A DNA stretch of 64,000 bases from Candidatus Moraniibacteriota bacterium (GCA_030645735.1 JAUSNP010000005.1:72151-136150), one strand, 5' to 3'. Positions 45,569 through 55,664 are shown, numbered from the stretch's first letter. Translations and numbers: made by a program. Notes: generated from the letters alone by a model not told the origin.

Positions 45569-46693
45569 ATGAAACCAATCGAAATAGCTAAGAAGTTTGG
45601 TGGCAGAATTGAGGTTAATTCTAAAATTAAATTGACCAAAGAAAATTTGGCGATTTTGTATACCCCTGGCGTGGCGGATGTTTGTCGCGCGATTGCTAAA
45701 AATAAAAAACTTTCTCTGCAGTATACGATTCGCAAAAATTGTGTGGCAGTGGTTTCAGATGGTTCAGCGGTGTTGGGCTTGGGCAATATTGGCCCTGAGG
45801 CGGGTTTGCCGGTGATGGAAGGCAAATCATTGCTGTTCAAAGAATTGGCGGGTGTGGATGCCTTTCCAATCGTGCTGGCCACGCAAGATGTGGAAGAAAT
45901 CATTCGAACGGTGAAGCTTTTGGAACCAACTTTTGGTGGCATCAACTTGGAAGACATTTCTGCGCCACGCTGCTTTGAAATTGAGGAACGCTTGAAAAAA
46001 GAAATGAACATTCCCGTGATGCACGATGATCAACACGGCACCGCTATGGTGGTCTTGGCTGGACTCATCAATGCATTGAAAGTTGCTAAAAAAGAAATCA
46101 AGAAAATTAAAATCGTTATTTCTGGCACAGGTGCGGCTGGCACGGCGATTGCCAAGTTGCTTTTGAAATATGGCGCAAAGAATATTGTGATGGTGGACAC
46201 GCAAGGAATCATTTTTCAGGAACGCGCCGGCGGACTCAATCCTGCCAAGATGGAAATTGCCAAGTTGACCAATCCATACAAATTGCAAGGCACAGTCGAA
46301 GAGGCCTTGATTGGTGCGGATGTGTTCATTGGAGTTTCTGCACCCAACATTTTGCAACACATCCACATTGCTAAAATGAATCCAAGGGCGATTGTATTCG
46401 CCATGTCTAACCCAACGCCAGAAATCATGCCAGAAGAAGCCAAGCGAGGCGGCGCGCTTGTTGTAGCTACGGGTCGTTCTGATTATGCCAATCAATTAAA
46501 TAATGTTCTGGCTTTTCCGGGAATTTTTCGTGGAGCACTCGACAACGGGGTGAAAAAAATCACGGACGCGCACAAATTGAAAGTGGCGCAAGCGATTGCT
46601 GGTTTGATTAAAAAGCCAACTGTTGATAGAATAATACCAGAAGCACTTGATCCGCGAGTAGTGAAAGTTGTTTCGAGGGTATTTAAAAAATAA
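45569..46693 (+). CDS. NAD(P)-dependent malic enzyme (MaeB-like, short form)
   Basis: LAILYTPGVADVCRAI and GTGAAGTAIAKLL Rossmann motifs; the ORF-track start at 45536 overlaps trxB, so the ATG at 45569 is preferred. Confidence 0.85.
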   Translation: MKPIEIAKKFGGRIEVNSKIKLTKENLAILYTPGVADVCRAIAKNKKLSLQYTIRKNCVAVVSDGSAVLGLGNIGPEAGLPVMEGKSLLFKELAGVDAFPIVLATQDVEEIIRTVKLLEPTFGGINLEDISAPRCFEIEERLKKEMNIPVMHDDQHGTAMVVLAGLINALKVAKKEIKKIKIVISGTGAAGTAIAKLLLKYGAKNIVMVDTQGIIFQERAGGLNPAKMEIAKLTNPYKLQGTVEEALIGADVFIGVSAPNILQHIHIAKMNPRAIVFAMSNPTPEIMPEEAKRGGALVVATGRSDYANQLNNVLAFPGIFRGALDNGVKKITDAHKLKVAQAIAGLIKKPTVDRIIPEALDPRVVKVVSRVFKK

Positions 46694-46724
46694 AAATAAA
46701 TATTACAAGATATACAACACAAAA

Positions 46725-46808
46725 CATGTAACATGAAACATGAAACAAGGTATTCCCACAAAGTTATCTTAAAAATGTTACATGTTTCATGCTTCATGTT
46801 GCATGAAT
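46725..46808. repeat. Palindromic array of CATGAAACA/TGTTTCATG motifs
   Basis: catgtaacatgaaacatgaaaca ... tgttacatgtttcatgcttcatgttgcatg; the halves are reverse complements. Confidence 0.5.
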
Positions 46809-46812
46809 AATT

Positions 46813-47253
46813 ATGAAAATACACAAACAAACCATTGAAATAAAAAGCACAACTCAAGTAGAGTTTATTGACATCACCGACAAGGTTTCTGAAGTCATCG
46901 ACAATTCCGGCGTGCGCGAAGGGCAAGCCTTGATTTATTCGCCACACACTTCAGCCAGCATTGTGATCAATCACAACGAGTCAATGCTCATTCAAGATTT
47001 TATGCGCGTGCTCTATCGACTAGTCCCAATCACTGATCGCTATTCGCATGATGTGTTTGAGCTCAATCGTTCGCACAAATCAGATGGACGAAGCAATGGA
47101 CATTCACACTGCAAAAGTATGCTGCTGGGAGTCAGCGAAACTGTTCCAATTGAAAGAGGCAAGATGCTGTTAACAGAAAAACAAAATGTATTTCTAGTTG
47201 AAATGGATGGTTCACGGACGCGAGATGTAATTATTCAAGTTATGGGTTTATAA
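46813..47253 (+). CDS. YjbQ/UPF0047 family protein
   Basis: 146 aa with a YjbQ-like pattern (ALIYSPHTSASIVINHNES...). Confidence 0.65.
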   Translation: MKIHKQTIEIKSTTQVEFIDITDKVSEVIDNSGVREGQALIYSPHTSASIVINHNESMLIQDFMRVLYRLVPITDRYSHDVFELNRSHKSDGRSNGHSHCKSMLLGVSETVPIERGKMLLTEKQNVFLVEMDGSRTRDVIIQVMGL

Positions 47254-47258
47254 AAAAA

Positions 47259-47879
47259 ATGAGCAAATTGGTTAATGATTTGATGCAGAACGGATATCTC
47301 AAGAGTGATGCAATCATCGAAGCCTTTGAGCGCGTCAATCGAATTGAGTTTGTGCCAGAAGAACTTGAACTTCAGGCCAATGCAGATGTGGCTTTGCCGA
47401 TTGGCTATGGTCAGACAATTTCCCAGCCGTTAGTAGTGGCTTTTATGCTAGAGCTTTTGGAGCCAAAAAAAGGACAAAAAATTATGGATGTTGGTAGTGG
47501 CTCTGGTTGGACCACTGCTCTGTTGTCGGATATCGTCAAACCAGACGGCAAGGTGATTGCTGTTGAGTTGGTCTCAGAGTTATGCGAGTTTGGCAAAAAC
47601 AATGTGGACAAGTTTGGGTTCGTTAAACAAGGCATTGCGCAGTTTCATAATGTGGATGGCAGTCAGGGTTTTCCAGAACAAGCGCCCTATGATCGAATTA
47701 TGGTTTCTGCTGCGGCGATGGATGAGATTCCGCAAGCATTGAAAGATCAGTTGAAAATCGGTGGCAAGATGGTCATTCCAGTCGGTAGTAGTATAATTTA
47801 TATCGAAAAAGAAGGTGAAGATAAATTTTTCAAAGAAGAATTCCCCGGATTCACTTTTGTGCCACTCATTCTTTGTTAG
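47259..47879 (+). CDS. pcm: Protein-L-isoaspartate O-methyltransferase
   Basis: GYGQTISQPLVVAFMLELL and SAM motif VGSGSGW; 206 aa. Confidence 0.85.
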   Translation: MSKLVNDLMQNGYLKSDAIIEAFERVNRIEFVPEELELQANADVALPIGYGQTISQPLVVAFMLELLEPKKGQKIMDVGSGSGWTTALLSDIVKPDGKVIAVELVSELCEFGKNNVDKFGFVKQGIAQFHNVDGSQGFPEQAPYDRIMVSAAAMDEIPQALKDQLKIGGKMVIPVGSSIIYIEKEGEDKFFKEEFPGFTFVPLILC

Positions 47880-47910
47880 ACGCTAGTGTATAATCCTAAA
47901 TTGATATGTA

Positions 47911-48918
47911 ATGAAAAAAATAAGCATAGCATTAATCATAATTGCAATCACTGTCAGCAGTGGATTTTTTTATCTACGCTCGCAAATTTATTTTTCGCAC
48001 GGCGCGCAAAATCAGAACAGTCTTTTTGAAATCAAGAAGGGGGAGGGCAGCGCGCAGATTGCCACCAATCTTAAGGAAAAAGGGATTATTTCCGGAAAAG
48101 TTTATTTTTGGTTTTATTTAAAAACAAATAATTTACTCGACAAAATTTATCCGGGTGAATATTTGTTGAATGGCGATATGACAATTCCGGAAGTTGCCGC
48201 AATTATCACCAATCCAAAAAAAGTTTTTGAACAAGTTTTGTTCAAAGAAGGTTGGACGGCGGCGCAAATGGCGGAGCAGCTGCAGGCGCACGGTTTTGAT
48301 GGCCAAGCTTTTTTGGAGATTGTGAATAAGCCATCGCAAGATTTGATTTCTCAATTTAGCGTGCTGTCTGACAAACCAAAATTAGCGTCGTTGGAAGGCT
48401 ATCTTTTCCCTGATACCTATTATTTTGCCAAAGAAGCGACGCCGGAAGGAATTGTGAAAAAGATTTTGAATAACACAGAAATAAAATTTGACAGCAATTT
48501 GCGAGCGGAAATCAAAAAACAAAGCAAAACAATTTTTGATGTTTTGATTATGGCCAGTATCGTTGAGCGAGAAGTGAGTACTGATGCTGACCGCGCGCTG
48601 GTGAGTGGGCTCTTTTGGAATCGTCTGAAGATTGGGCAAGCATTGCAAAGTGATGCGACCCTGACATATATTTTTGGTGACAAAGAGGGTGCACACAGTT
48701 TGGCGCAAACCAAAACTGATTCGCCCTACAACACTTATGCCAATCCAGGTTTGCCAATCGGACCAGTTTCCAACCCAGGACTTTCAGCCATCAAAGCCAC
48801 GATTTATCCCAAAGATTCACAATACAACTATTTCTTGAGCGATCCCAAGACTGGCCAAACCATTTTCTCAGCAACTTTTCCCGAGCATGTGGCCAACAAA
48901 AATAAATACGGATTATAA
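47911..48918 (+). CDS. mltG: Endolytic murein transglycosylase MltG (YceG family)
   Basis: N-terminal TM plus YceG domain (GEYLLNGDMTIPEV...EREV...DATLTY); 335 aa. Confidence 0.8.
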   Translation: MKKISIALIIIAITVSSGFFYLRSQIYFSHGAQNQNSLFEIKKGEGSAQIATNLKEKGIISGKVYFWFYLKTNNLLDKIYPGEYLLNGDMTIPEVAAIITNPKKVFEQVLFKEGWTAAQMAEQLQAHGFDGQAFLEIVNKPSQDLISQFSVLSDKPKLASLEGYLFPDTYYFAKEATPEGIVKKILNNTEIKFDSNLRAEIKKQSKTIFDVLIMASIVEREVSTDADRALVSGLFWNRLKIGQALQSDATLTYIFGDKEGAHSLAQTKTDSPYNTYANPGLPIGPVSNPGLSAIKATIYPKDSQYNYFLSDPKTGQTIFSATFPEHVANKNKYGL

Positions 48919-48942
48919 TTTCAGCTGAACAATTTTACATAC

Positions 48943-48982
48943 AAAATCCCCTTCGAAAAGATGGGGATTTTTGGCTTAAAAT
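48943..48982 (+). terminator. Intrinsic terminator after mltG
   Basis: AAAATCCCC-ttcgaaaagat-GGGGATTTT followed by a T run. Confidence 0.55.
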
Positions 48983-49024
48983 AGGAAAAATGCAATACTA
49001 CTAGAGTAGCAGATAAATTTATAC

Positions 49025-49054
49025 TTGCTTTGATATGCGAATCTGTGCTATAAT
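49025..49054 (+). promoter_or_regulatory. Sigma70-type promoter (TTGCTT-18-TATAAT, TG-extended) for the 49155 ORF
   Basis: ttgctt at 49025 and tgctataat at 49046-49054, followed by a small hairpin catcaga-aat-ctgatg. Confidence 0.45.
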
Positions 49055-49154
49055 ATAAAATCATCAGAAATCTGATGTTGAAGTTGTAACTGTAACTTGA
49101 CAATTTATGTGCGGTGAGCTTTTTTGGCTATAAAACCAATGCAGGAGAGGAAAA

Positions 49155-50060
49155 ATGGCGCATGTAACTCGGCAGTTGATAAGAGGTATCAAGTTAGGCG
49201 ATAAACTATCTATAAATCAGCATAACCAAGAAGGTGGTAGTCCATATGCCTTGCCTGATATGTTACGCAAGGCTTATCTGGATGCGGGCTATGGGGATTT
49301 GCCAACCAATCGAGATGAGGCAGTTGATCGGGGGGCAAAAACATGGAATGGAGCGCAGGTAGCCATTAATAAACTGGCTGTTGTAGACGGTGTAATTCAC
49401 GGGAATTTGGTGACTTTACCCTGGATGTACTCCCAGGCGATGAACGATTTGTACAACATGCGTATGCCCAACACTTTGTTGGCTCGCATAAGTCCAAATT
49501 TTCTCCACGTATCGCTCTTGGCGCAGGTTATGTACAAGGGAGCGTTGTGCCTGGTAGGGCAGGTTCGCGGAGATGTCATCGGTAAAGGTGAATTGCAAAC
49601 AGCATTATGTGCTGGGAGCATGAACAAGGCGTGTGCCATTGCCGGTGACGACATGATTATACAGGGACTGGAAGATAATCTGATGCGTGAAATCGGACTC
49701 AATCTCGGCTGTCTCAATATCAAGCCGGGAAAGATTCTCTTTCATGAACCAGAAGTCGGCCGCGTCAATCTGGCCAGTGTGTCAGAAGTATATGACTTCG
49801 AGCATGTAAGGATGGTTTTTCAAGCCCATCATGACTCTATGGTCACTAGTGGCAGCAAGCCGGAATGTGCTAGGCTGGCACTAATACCGGTAGCGACTGA
49901 TCCGTTTAATGTGGTTTGCGACAATGGCGACTCGCGGAGATATGTTGCGAAAGCCATTGAATTTTACGACCCGATAACAAAGGATTTCGGGGTTGCGGAT
50001 TTTCTTTGCCGATATCTCACGCAGGCAGTTATAGATCATCTGATCGAAGCTGACCTGTAG
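49155..50060 (+). CDS. Hypothetical protein (orphan, GC-elevated, own promoter and terminator)
   Basis: 301 aa; SD GGAGAGG; about 50% GC; no recognisable domain; 7 Cys. Confidence 0.5.
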   Translation: MAHVTRQLIRGIKLGDKLSINQHNQEGGSPYALPDMLRKAYLDAGYGDLPTNRDEAVDRGAKTWNGAQVAINKLAVVDGVIHGNLVTLPWMYSQAMNDLYNMRMPNTLLARISPNFLHVSLLAQVMYKGALCLVGQVRGDVIGKGELQTALCAGSMNKACAIAGDDMIIQGLEDNLMREIGLNLGCLNIKPGKILFHEPEVGRVNLASVSEVYDFEHVRMVFQAHHDSMVTSGSKPECARLALIPVATDPFNVVCDNGDSRRYVAKAIEFYDPITKDFGVADFLCRYLTQAVIDHLIEADL

Positions 50061-50083
50061 TGCAGTAGCTATGTTTTCGTGTT

Positions 50084-50130
50084 AATCCTCCTGGTTTACG
50101 GTATTCCGTAAATCAGGAGGATTTTTTTTA
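50084..50130 (+). terminator. Strong nested intrinsic terminator after the 49155 ORF
   Basis: AATCCTCCTG-gtttacggtattccgtaaat-CAGGAGGATT followed by T8. Confidence 0.7.
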
Positions 50131-50202
50131 TTTCAAATTGGATATACTTTATAATTTGAGAAAATAGTGAGCTCGGTTTTTTAAATTTTTTTAATAAAAA
50201 AA

Positions 50203-51066
50203 CTAGCCAAGTATGGCTATAAAAATAACTCCGGCTACCATTATGGCAGAACCAAGCAATCTTTCCTTGAGTCCTTTTTCTTTGAAAATTAGTCCGCCCA
50301 TAAAAACAGTCATAACAACGCCCAGTCTTTTGATGGCGATTACATAGGCAACCAGAGTCATGCTGATAGCAACCATTTGAAGGGATATGGCAACGGCAGT
50401 GAATGAGCCCATAATCGAAATGGTTTTGAAATTTTTGATGAAATATTGTTTGTTTATTTTTTTATAAACAAAAGGCAACAAAAATACAGCCGTGGCCATG
50501 TTGAGAGCGAAAACCCAAAAAAGCGGATAGGAAGCTTTGACTCCAATTTTGTCGATGCTGGAAGTTATGCTCCAGACAAAAGCAACAAAAAGCATCAGGC
50601 GCGGACCTTCATTTTTTAACAAAGCCTTGAATGGCGCCGTCCAATGTTCATGGCGCATTTCAATGTTCAGGACATAAGAGCCGAATGTGATGAGTAGCAC
50701 GCCAAAAAATCCGAAAGCATTGGGAAATTCTCCAGTTATTAGTGGCGATATTCCCAGTAGAAAAAGCGGAGTGAAAGTTGACATCGGCGCCACCAGGGAA
50801 ATGTCGGATTTTTTCAAGGCTCGTGTGGCCGTAGTAGCTGTCACGACGCTAAGAATGCCACCTATGATTAGGAAAATAATAAATTCTTGTTTGATTTCAG
50901 GGAAACCTAAAAAAATAATCACAGGCAAAAGTAATATTGTTGCAACAGAACTGCTTCCCCAAATAAGGGAGTATCCACTCTCTTCAGGATCGCGCAGTTT
51001 GCCTTTGAAAAAAACCTCCCGAAAGGAGACAATGACTGCTGTTGCAAAGGCAAATACGAACCACAT
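50203..51066 (-). CDS. EamA/DMT-family transporter
   Basis: 287 aa, about 10 TM helices, duplicated EamA-like halves. Confidence 0.65.
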   Translation of the reverse strand: MWFVFAFATAVIVSFREVFFKGKLRDPEESGYSLIWGSSSVATILLLPVIIFLGFPEIKQEFIIFLIIGGILSVVTATTATRALKKSDISLVAPMSTFTPLFLLGISPLITGEFPNAFGFFGVLLITFGSYVLNIEMRHEHWTAPFKALLKNEGPRLMLFVAFVWSITSSIDKIGVKASYPLFWVFALNMATAVFLLPFVYKKINKQYFIKNFKTISIMGSFTAVAISLQMVAISMTLVAYVIAIKRLGVVMTVFMGGLIFKEKGLKERLLGSAIMVAGVIFIAILG

Positions 51067-51145
51067 AAATGTTTTTTTAAATACATATTTATATTAAGAC
51101 ACTTCGGTATAATTCACAAGGAATTTTGTTGAATCACGCAAGTCC

Positions 51146-51175
51146 TTGACAAACACATCCATTGTGTGGTAATAT
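51146..51175 (+). promoter_or_regulatory. Sigma70-type promoter (TTGACA-18-TAATAT) upstream of the 51206 gene
   Basis: cttgacaaacacatccattgtgtggtaatat. Confidence 0.4.
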
Positions 51176-51205
51176 GGTTTGAACTAAAAAATATAACATT
51201 TACAT

Positions 51206-52264
51206 ATGAAAAAAGGCAACAAATCAAGCGAAAACACAACAAAAGGCTCAATGCCGAGCTTCTTTGAATTGGCCAATTCTTTGTTGGCAAATTTGCCACA
51301 ACGATCACAAGAAATTGTGAAAAAGCGCTTTGGCTTGGTGGATGGCCGAGCGGAAACTCTGGAAAAAATCGGTCAAGACTATGACATCACTCGTGAGCGA
51401 GTGCGTCAAATTATTGCAGATGCGATCAAGAAGATTTCCAAATATTCTGATATGGAAGCTTTTCGTGAGGCGGAAGAGAAAATAGTTTTTGCAATCAGTC
51501 AAAGAGATGGTATAATAAATGAAGAAAAGTTGATTGAGGATTTGGGTTTCGACCATCCAGGCGAAGCTAACTCAGTTGTATTTTTTGCGGTTTGTTCAAA
51601 CAAGATTATTGAAATTGAAGAAAAAGGATCTTTGAAAAAATCACGCGCTCTTTCCAATGATATTTTGATCAAGGTGGCAGATACGGCTGAAGCAGCCAAA
51701 CATGTTTTGACTGCCGCAGGAACCCCGCTGACTGATGATGAAATCGCACATGAAATTGGCAAGAAAAAAGGTGAATTGAGCAAGAGCGAGATCTTGAATT
51801 TCTTGAGCATTCTTTCAAACATTTCAAAAAATAAATTTGGCAAATGGGGTTTCACCAATTGGATGGAAATCAATCCAAAAGGAACTCGCGAGCGAATTTA
51901 TTTGGTTTTGAAAGAACACAAAAAATCTTTGCATTTCACGGAAATCGCCAAAATTATTGATGATTTGGGAATCAGCAAGAGGAAGTCTCACCCACAAACA
52001 GTCCACAATGAATTGATCAAGGATGATAGATTTGTGTTGATTGGCCGAGGGACTTATGCCTTGCGTGAATGGGGATATTCTCCAGGTGCCATCAAGGATG
52101 TTTTGGAAGATATTTTGAAAAAGAGCGGACGACATATGAGCAAGGATGAGATTCTGGAAGAAGTGGCAAAATTGCGCAAGGTCAAAAAAACAACTGTGAT
52201 GATAAACTTGAATAACAACGCTAAATTTGAAAAACACGGTGACAAATATGCTTGGAAAGCATAA
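51206..52264 (+). CDS. Sigma-70 region-4-like HTH plus HARE-HTH domain protein (putative DNA-binding regulator)
   Basis: N-terminal LPQRSQEIVKKRFGL...TLEKIGQDYDITRERVRQIIADAIKKI (region-4 HTH); C-terminal KSLHFTEIAKIID...RFVLIGRGTYALREWGY, resembling the HARE-HTH seen in RpoE-delta proteins; 352 aa. Confidence 0.55.
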   Translation: MKKGNKSSENTTKGSMPSFFELANSLLANLPQRSQEIVKKRFGLVDGRAETLEKIGQDYDITRERVRQIIADAIKKISKYSDMEAFREAEEKIVFAISQRDGIINEEKLIEDLGFDHPGEANSVVFFAVCSNKIIEIEEKGSLKKSRALSNDILIKVADTAEAAKHVLTAAGTPLTDDEIAHEIGKKKGELSKSEILNFLSILSNISKNKFGKWGFTNWMEINPKGTRERIYLVLKEHKKSLHFTEIAKIIDDLGISKRKSHPQTVHNELIKDDRFVLIGRGTYALREWGYSPGAIKDVLEDILKKSGRHMSKDEILEEVAKLRKVKKTTVMINLNNNAKFEKHGDKYAWKA

Positions 52265-52315
52265 TTGCAATCACCAAATCTTTGTATAAGCACAAAAAAA
52301 TAAAAAAAAGTTAAT

Positions 52316-53569
52316 TTGCAACGACAAATGACTGAACAAATTGAAATCATAAAAAGCATCCTGCAACCACTTGCCCAATTTTGGTGGCTAATATTGCCGG
52401 TACTTTTTTATTATGTCTTTTATCTGATTTGGATGGATTTTGTGATGGATAATTGGTCAGGTAAACAAGAGTGGACAATTATTGAACTTATTCCACCTAA
52501 GGACTTAGAGAAAGGCCCTAAACCGATGGAGTCTGTGTATCATGGCTTGATGGGTTCAGTAAAGAGTTATCATGCAGTAGAGGAATTTGTCTATGGTATG
52601 GATACAGACAAATTCAGTTTTGAGCTGGTTGGTTTGGGCGGAGAAGTCCATTTTTATGTCAGGGTGCAGAAATATCTGCGAGTCTTTTTGGAATCGCAAA
52701 TTTATGCTCAATATCCGGGAATTGAAATTTTAGAAGTGCCAGATTATATGGATAATTTTCCAAAGATTGCGCCGAATCGCGATTGGAAAGTGTGGGGATC
52801 AGATTTGATTTTAGTTGCTGATGATGCGATTCCAATCAGAACTTATGACAAATTTGAAGAAGATATCACCGGCACTATGATTGATCCGTTGGCTGCTTAT
52901 ATCGAGCTCTTTGCTTCTTTGCCACCTGGACAAAATATTCTATTGCAACATATCGTAAAACCTTTACCCGAAGCTTGGATAAAAAAAGAGAGAAAAAAAT
53001 TGATAGATAAATTGGCTGGCCGAACATCCTCTTCATCAAAAAGTGTTTGGCAACATTTTCTGGAAGTGTTTGTTTATATGCCAGCTGGCTTGCTGGGCTT
53101 AGTGGAATTTCCAACAGAGACCAAGAAAGAACAACAGCCCCTAGCCTTCCGTTTGACTCCAGGTGAACAAGAGCAATTGAAAGCCATCGAAGAAAATATG
53201 GGTAAAACCATGTATAAAGTGAAAATACGCTTTGTGTGTATTGGAAAGAAAGAAGGATTCGACATGGCCAATGTTGGCGGATTTTTTGGTGTGATGCGTC
53301 AATTCGGTGATTTAAATTTGAATACTCTCAAACCGGATAAAACCAAAACTTCAGCCTATTTCATCAATATAGAGGCCAGAGGTTTAGCGATGAAGAGAAG
53401 GTTGCTGAATCGTTATCGCAAGAGAAATACGGATGGTAACAATGTGATTCTTTCGTCCTCAGAATTGGCAACTTTGTATCATATTCCCGATATGGGAGTT
53501 ATGACGCCAGCTTTGCCAAGAGTTGAATCTAAAAAGGGCACGGCGCCTTCTAATTTGCCTATCGGGTGA
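52316..53569 (+). CDS. Hypothetical membrane-anchored protein (N-terminal TM, large soluble domain)
   Basis: 417 aa; TM FWWLILPVLFYYVFYLIWM; co-directional with and immediately upstream of the FtsK/HerA-superfamily ATPase gene. Confidence 0.5.
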   Translation: MQRQMTEQIEIIKSILQPLAQFWWLILPVLFYYVFYLIWMDFVMDNWSGKQEWTIIELIPPKDLEKGPKPMESVYHGLMGSVKSYHAVEEFVYGMDTDKFSFELVGLGGEVHFYVRVQKYLRVFLESQIYAQYPGIEILEVPDYMDNFPKIAPNRDWKVWGSDLILVADDAIPIRTYDKFEEDITGTMIDPLAAYIELFASLPPGQNILLQHIVKPLPEAWIKKERKKLIDKLAGRTSSSSKSVWQHFLEVFVYMPAGLLGLVEFPTETKKEQQPLAFRLTPGEQEQLKAIEENMGKTMYKVKIRFVCIGKKEGFDMANVGGFFGVMRQFGDLNLNTLKPDKTKTSAYFINIEARGLAMKRRLLNRYRKRNTDGNNVILSSSELATLYHIPDMGVMTPALPRVESKKGTAPSNLPIG

Positions 53570-53681
53570 TGATATAAATCGCAAATCAATCACGAATCTT
53601 TCCCGAATGATCACGAATGAAATCTGAAAAATTAGAGATTATTAGAGTTTAATTAGTGTAATATTAGAGATTTATAACATC

Positions 53682-55664
53682 ATGCCAGAAATAAATTTTT
53701 TTGCTAAAACTAATTTCAGAAATCAGGAAGTGAGCTTCGGTATCAAGCGCGATGATCGAAGGCGGCACATGTATGTGATTGGAAAGACTGGAATGGGAAA
53801 ATCTAATCTTTTGGAGAATATGGCTATTCAGGATATTCGCAATGGCGAAGGTGTTTGTGTAGTTGATCCGCACGGTGAGTTTGCGGAAAAGATGTTGCAA
53901 GCAGTGCCAGCGGAGCGCATCAACGATGTAGTCTATTTCAATCCGTCGGATGCGGAATTTCCAATCGCTTTCAACATTTTGGAATCAGTGGCGGATGATA
54001 AGAAAAATCTCGTGGCTTCCGGTATGATGGGCGTGTTCAAAAAGATTTGGCCGGATGTGTGGAGCGCTCGAATGGAATATATTTTGAGCAATACAATTTT
54101 GGCACTTTTGGATTTTCCGGGTTCAACTATGCTGGGAGTGAATCGCATGATGTCTGACAAAGATTTTAGAAAACGAGTCTATCCAAAAATCAAAGATCCA
54201 GTGGTAAAATCTTTTTGGCTCAATGAGTTTGACAAGTGGGAGGATAAGTTTCGAAAAGAAGCGGTGGCAGCTATTCAAAACAAAGTCGGACAGTTTTTAT
54301 CTTCTTCAGTCATTCGCCATATTGTGGGGCAACCAAAATCGACCATTGATATGCGTGACATTATGGACAATCAAAAAATCTTGATTGTGAATTTGTCCAA
54401 AGGTCGGATTGGTGAAGACTCGATGCGACTTTTGGGTGGAATGCTGATCACAAAAATTCAGTTGGCAGCTATGAGTCGTGTAGATATGCCAGAGGAAGAC
54501 AGAGTAGATTTTTATTTATATGTGGATGAATTCCAAAACTTTGCCACAGAATCTTTTGCTAACATTTTGTCTGAAGCCAGAAAATATAAATTGAATCTGA
54601 TTTTGGCGCATCAATATATCAATCAGTTGATTTTTGATGGCAATGCCACGGTGCGTGACGCTGTGTTTGGCAATGTGGGAACGATTGTGTCTTTCCGTGT
54701 GGGCGCGGAAGATGCGGAAGCCTTGGAGAAGGAATTTGAGCCAGTTTTCATGATGAATGATATTGTGAATCTTTCTAAATATCACATCTATCTGAAATTG
54801 ATGATTGATGGCGTGGCAGGGGATGCTTTTTCAGCCACAACTTTGCCTCCACTTGATCTGACTGGAACAAGTGGCAATGAAGAAAAAATTATTCGCGTGA
54901 CACGGGAGAAATGTGGCCGGCCAAAAAGTGAGGTGGAGGATCGCATTGCTCGCTGGAGTGGTATGGAAGTTTTCAAAGAAGCACCCGCTGGTGGACAAGA
55001 AGAGGCTGATGATATGGATTCAGAATTGTATGAAGGACCAAGCGTGACAATTGAACCGCCTCCAGCTTCAACCCCAACGCTTATTTTTAGACCAACCAAT
55101 CCGCCGGTTGAGTCACCAGTTATTCGACCAGTAGTGACTCCAGTAGCAAGACCAATCGCTGTGCCTGTCGCTCAAAAGTCAGTAGCTCCGGTAGCAAAGA
55201 CTGTTGTGCAAACAGCAGTGTCTGCCACAATGCAAAAAATTGAATCGGCATTGAGTCAACCATCTGCACCAGCTGAGGTTGCAGTTGAAAAACCAAAGGA
55301 AATGTATTCAACTATTTGCGCGACTTGTGAAGAAATAATTACGGTGCCGTTCAAACCAGATCCCGCCCGTCCAGCTTTTTGTCGAGAGTGCTTGAAAGAG
55401 CATCAGCGCATGATGGCCAGAAAGAAAAATGAATTGGCGGAACAACAAGCTCCAGCAGTGCGAGTGAATCCAATTGTGGCTAAGATTGAACCAGAAAAAA
55501 ACATTGCGCCAGAATCACAGCGAGTGGTGCATGCTCCGCAAGACAAGCCGATGAGCCTGTCTCAAATGTCTCACATTGCTCCCAAAGCTTTCCGTTCACA
55601 AAAGCAAAAGCCAGACCTGGGCGCAATCCGAAGCATCATTCAGGAGGCTAGAACTGAGAAATAG
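53682..55664 (+). CDS. FtsK/HerA/VirD4(TraG)-superfamily P-loop ATPase with a Pro/Val-rich linker and C-terminal CxxC...CxxC zinc ribbon
   Basis: Walker A YVIGKTGMGKSNLLE, Walker B FYLYVDEFQNFA; C-terminus CATCEEIITVPFKPDPARPAFCRECL; 660 aa. Confidence 0.65.
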   Translation: MPEINFFAKTNFRNQEVSFGIKRDDRRRHMYVIGKTGMGKSNLLENMAIQDIRNGEGVCVVDPHGEFAEKMLQAVPAERINDVVYFNPSDAEFPIAFNILESVADDKKNLVASGMMGVFKKIWPDVWSARMEYILSNTILALLDFPGSTMLGVNRMMSDKDFRKRVYPKIKDPVVKSFWLNEFDKWEDKFRKEAVAAIQNKVGQFLSSSVIRHIVGQPKSTIDMRDIMDNQKILIVNLSKGRIGEDSMRLLGGMLITKIQLAAMSRVDMPEEDRVDFYLYVDEFQNFATESFANILSEARKYKLNLILAHQYINQLIFDGNATVRDAVFGNVGTIVSFRVGAEDAEALEKEFEPVFMMNDIVNLSKYHIYLKLMIDGVAGDAFSATTLPPLDLTGTSGNEEKIIRVTREKCGRPKSEVEDRIARWSGMEVFKEAPAGGQEEADDMDSELYEGPSVTIEPPPASTPTLIFRPTNPPVESPVIRPVVTPVARPIAVPVAQKSVAPVAKTVVQTAVSATMQKIESALSQPSAPAEVAVEKPKEMYSTICATCEEIITVPFKPDPARPAFCRECLKEHQRMMARKKNELAEQQAPAVRVNPIVAKIEPEKNIAPESQRVVHAPQDKPMSLSQMSHIAPKAFRSQKQKPDLGAIRSIIQEARTEK

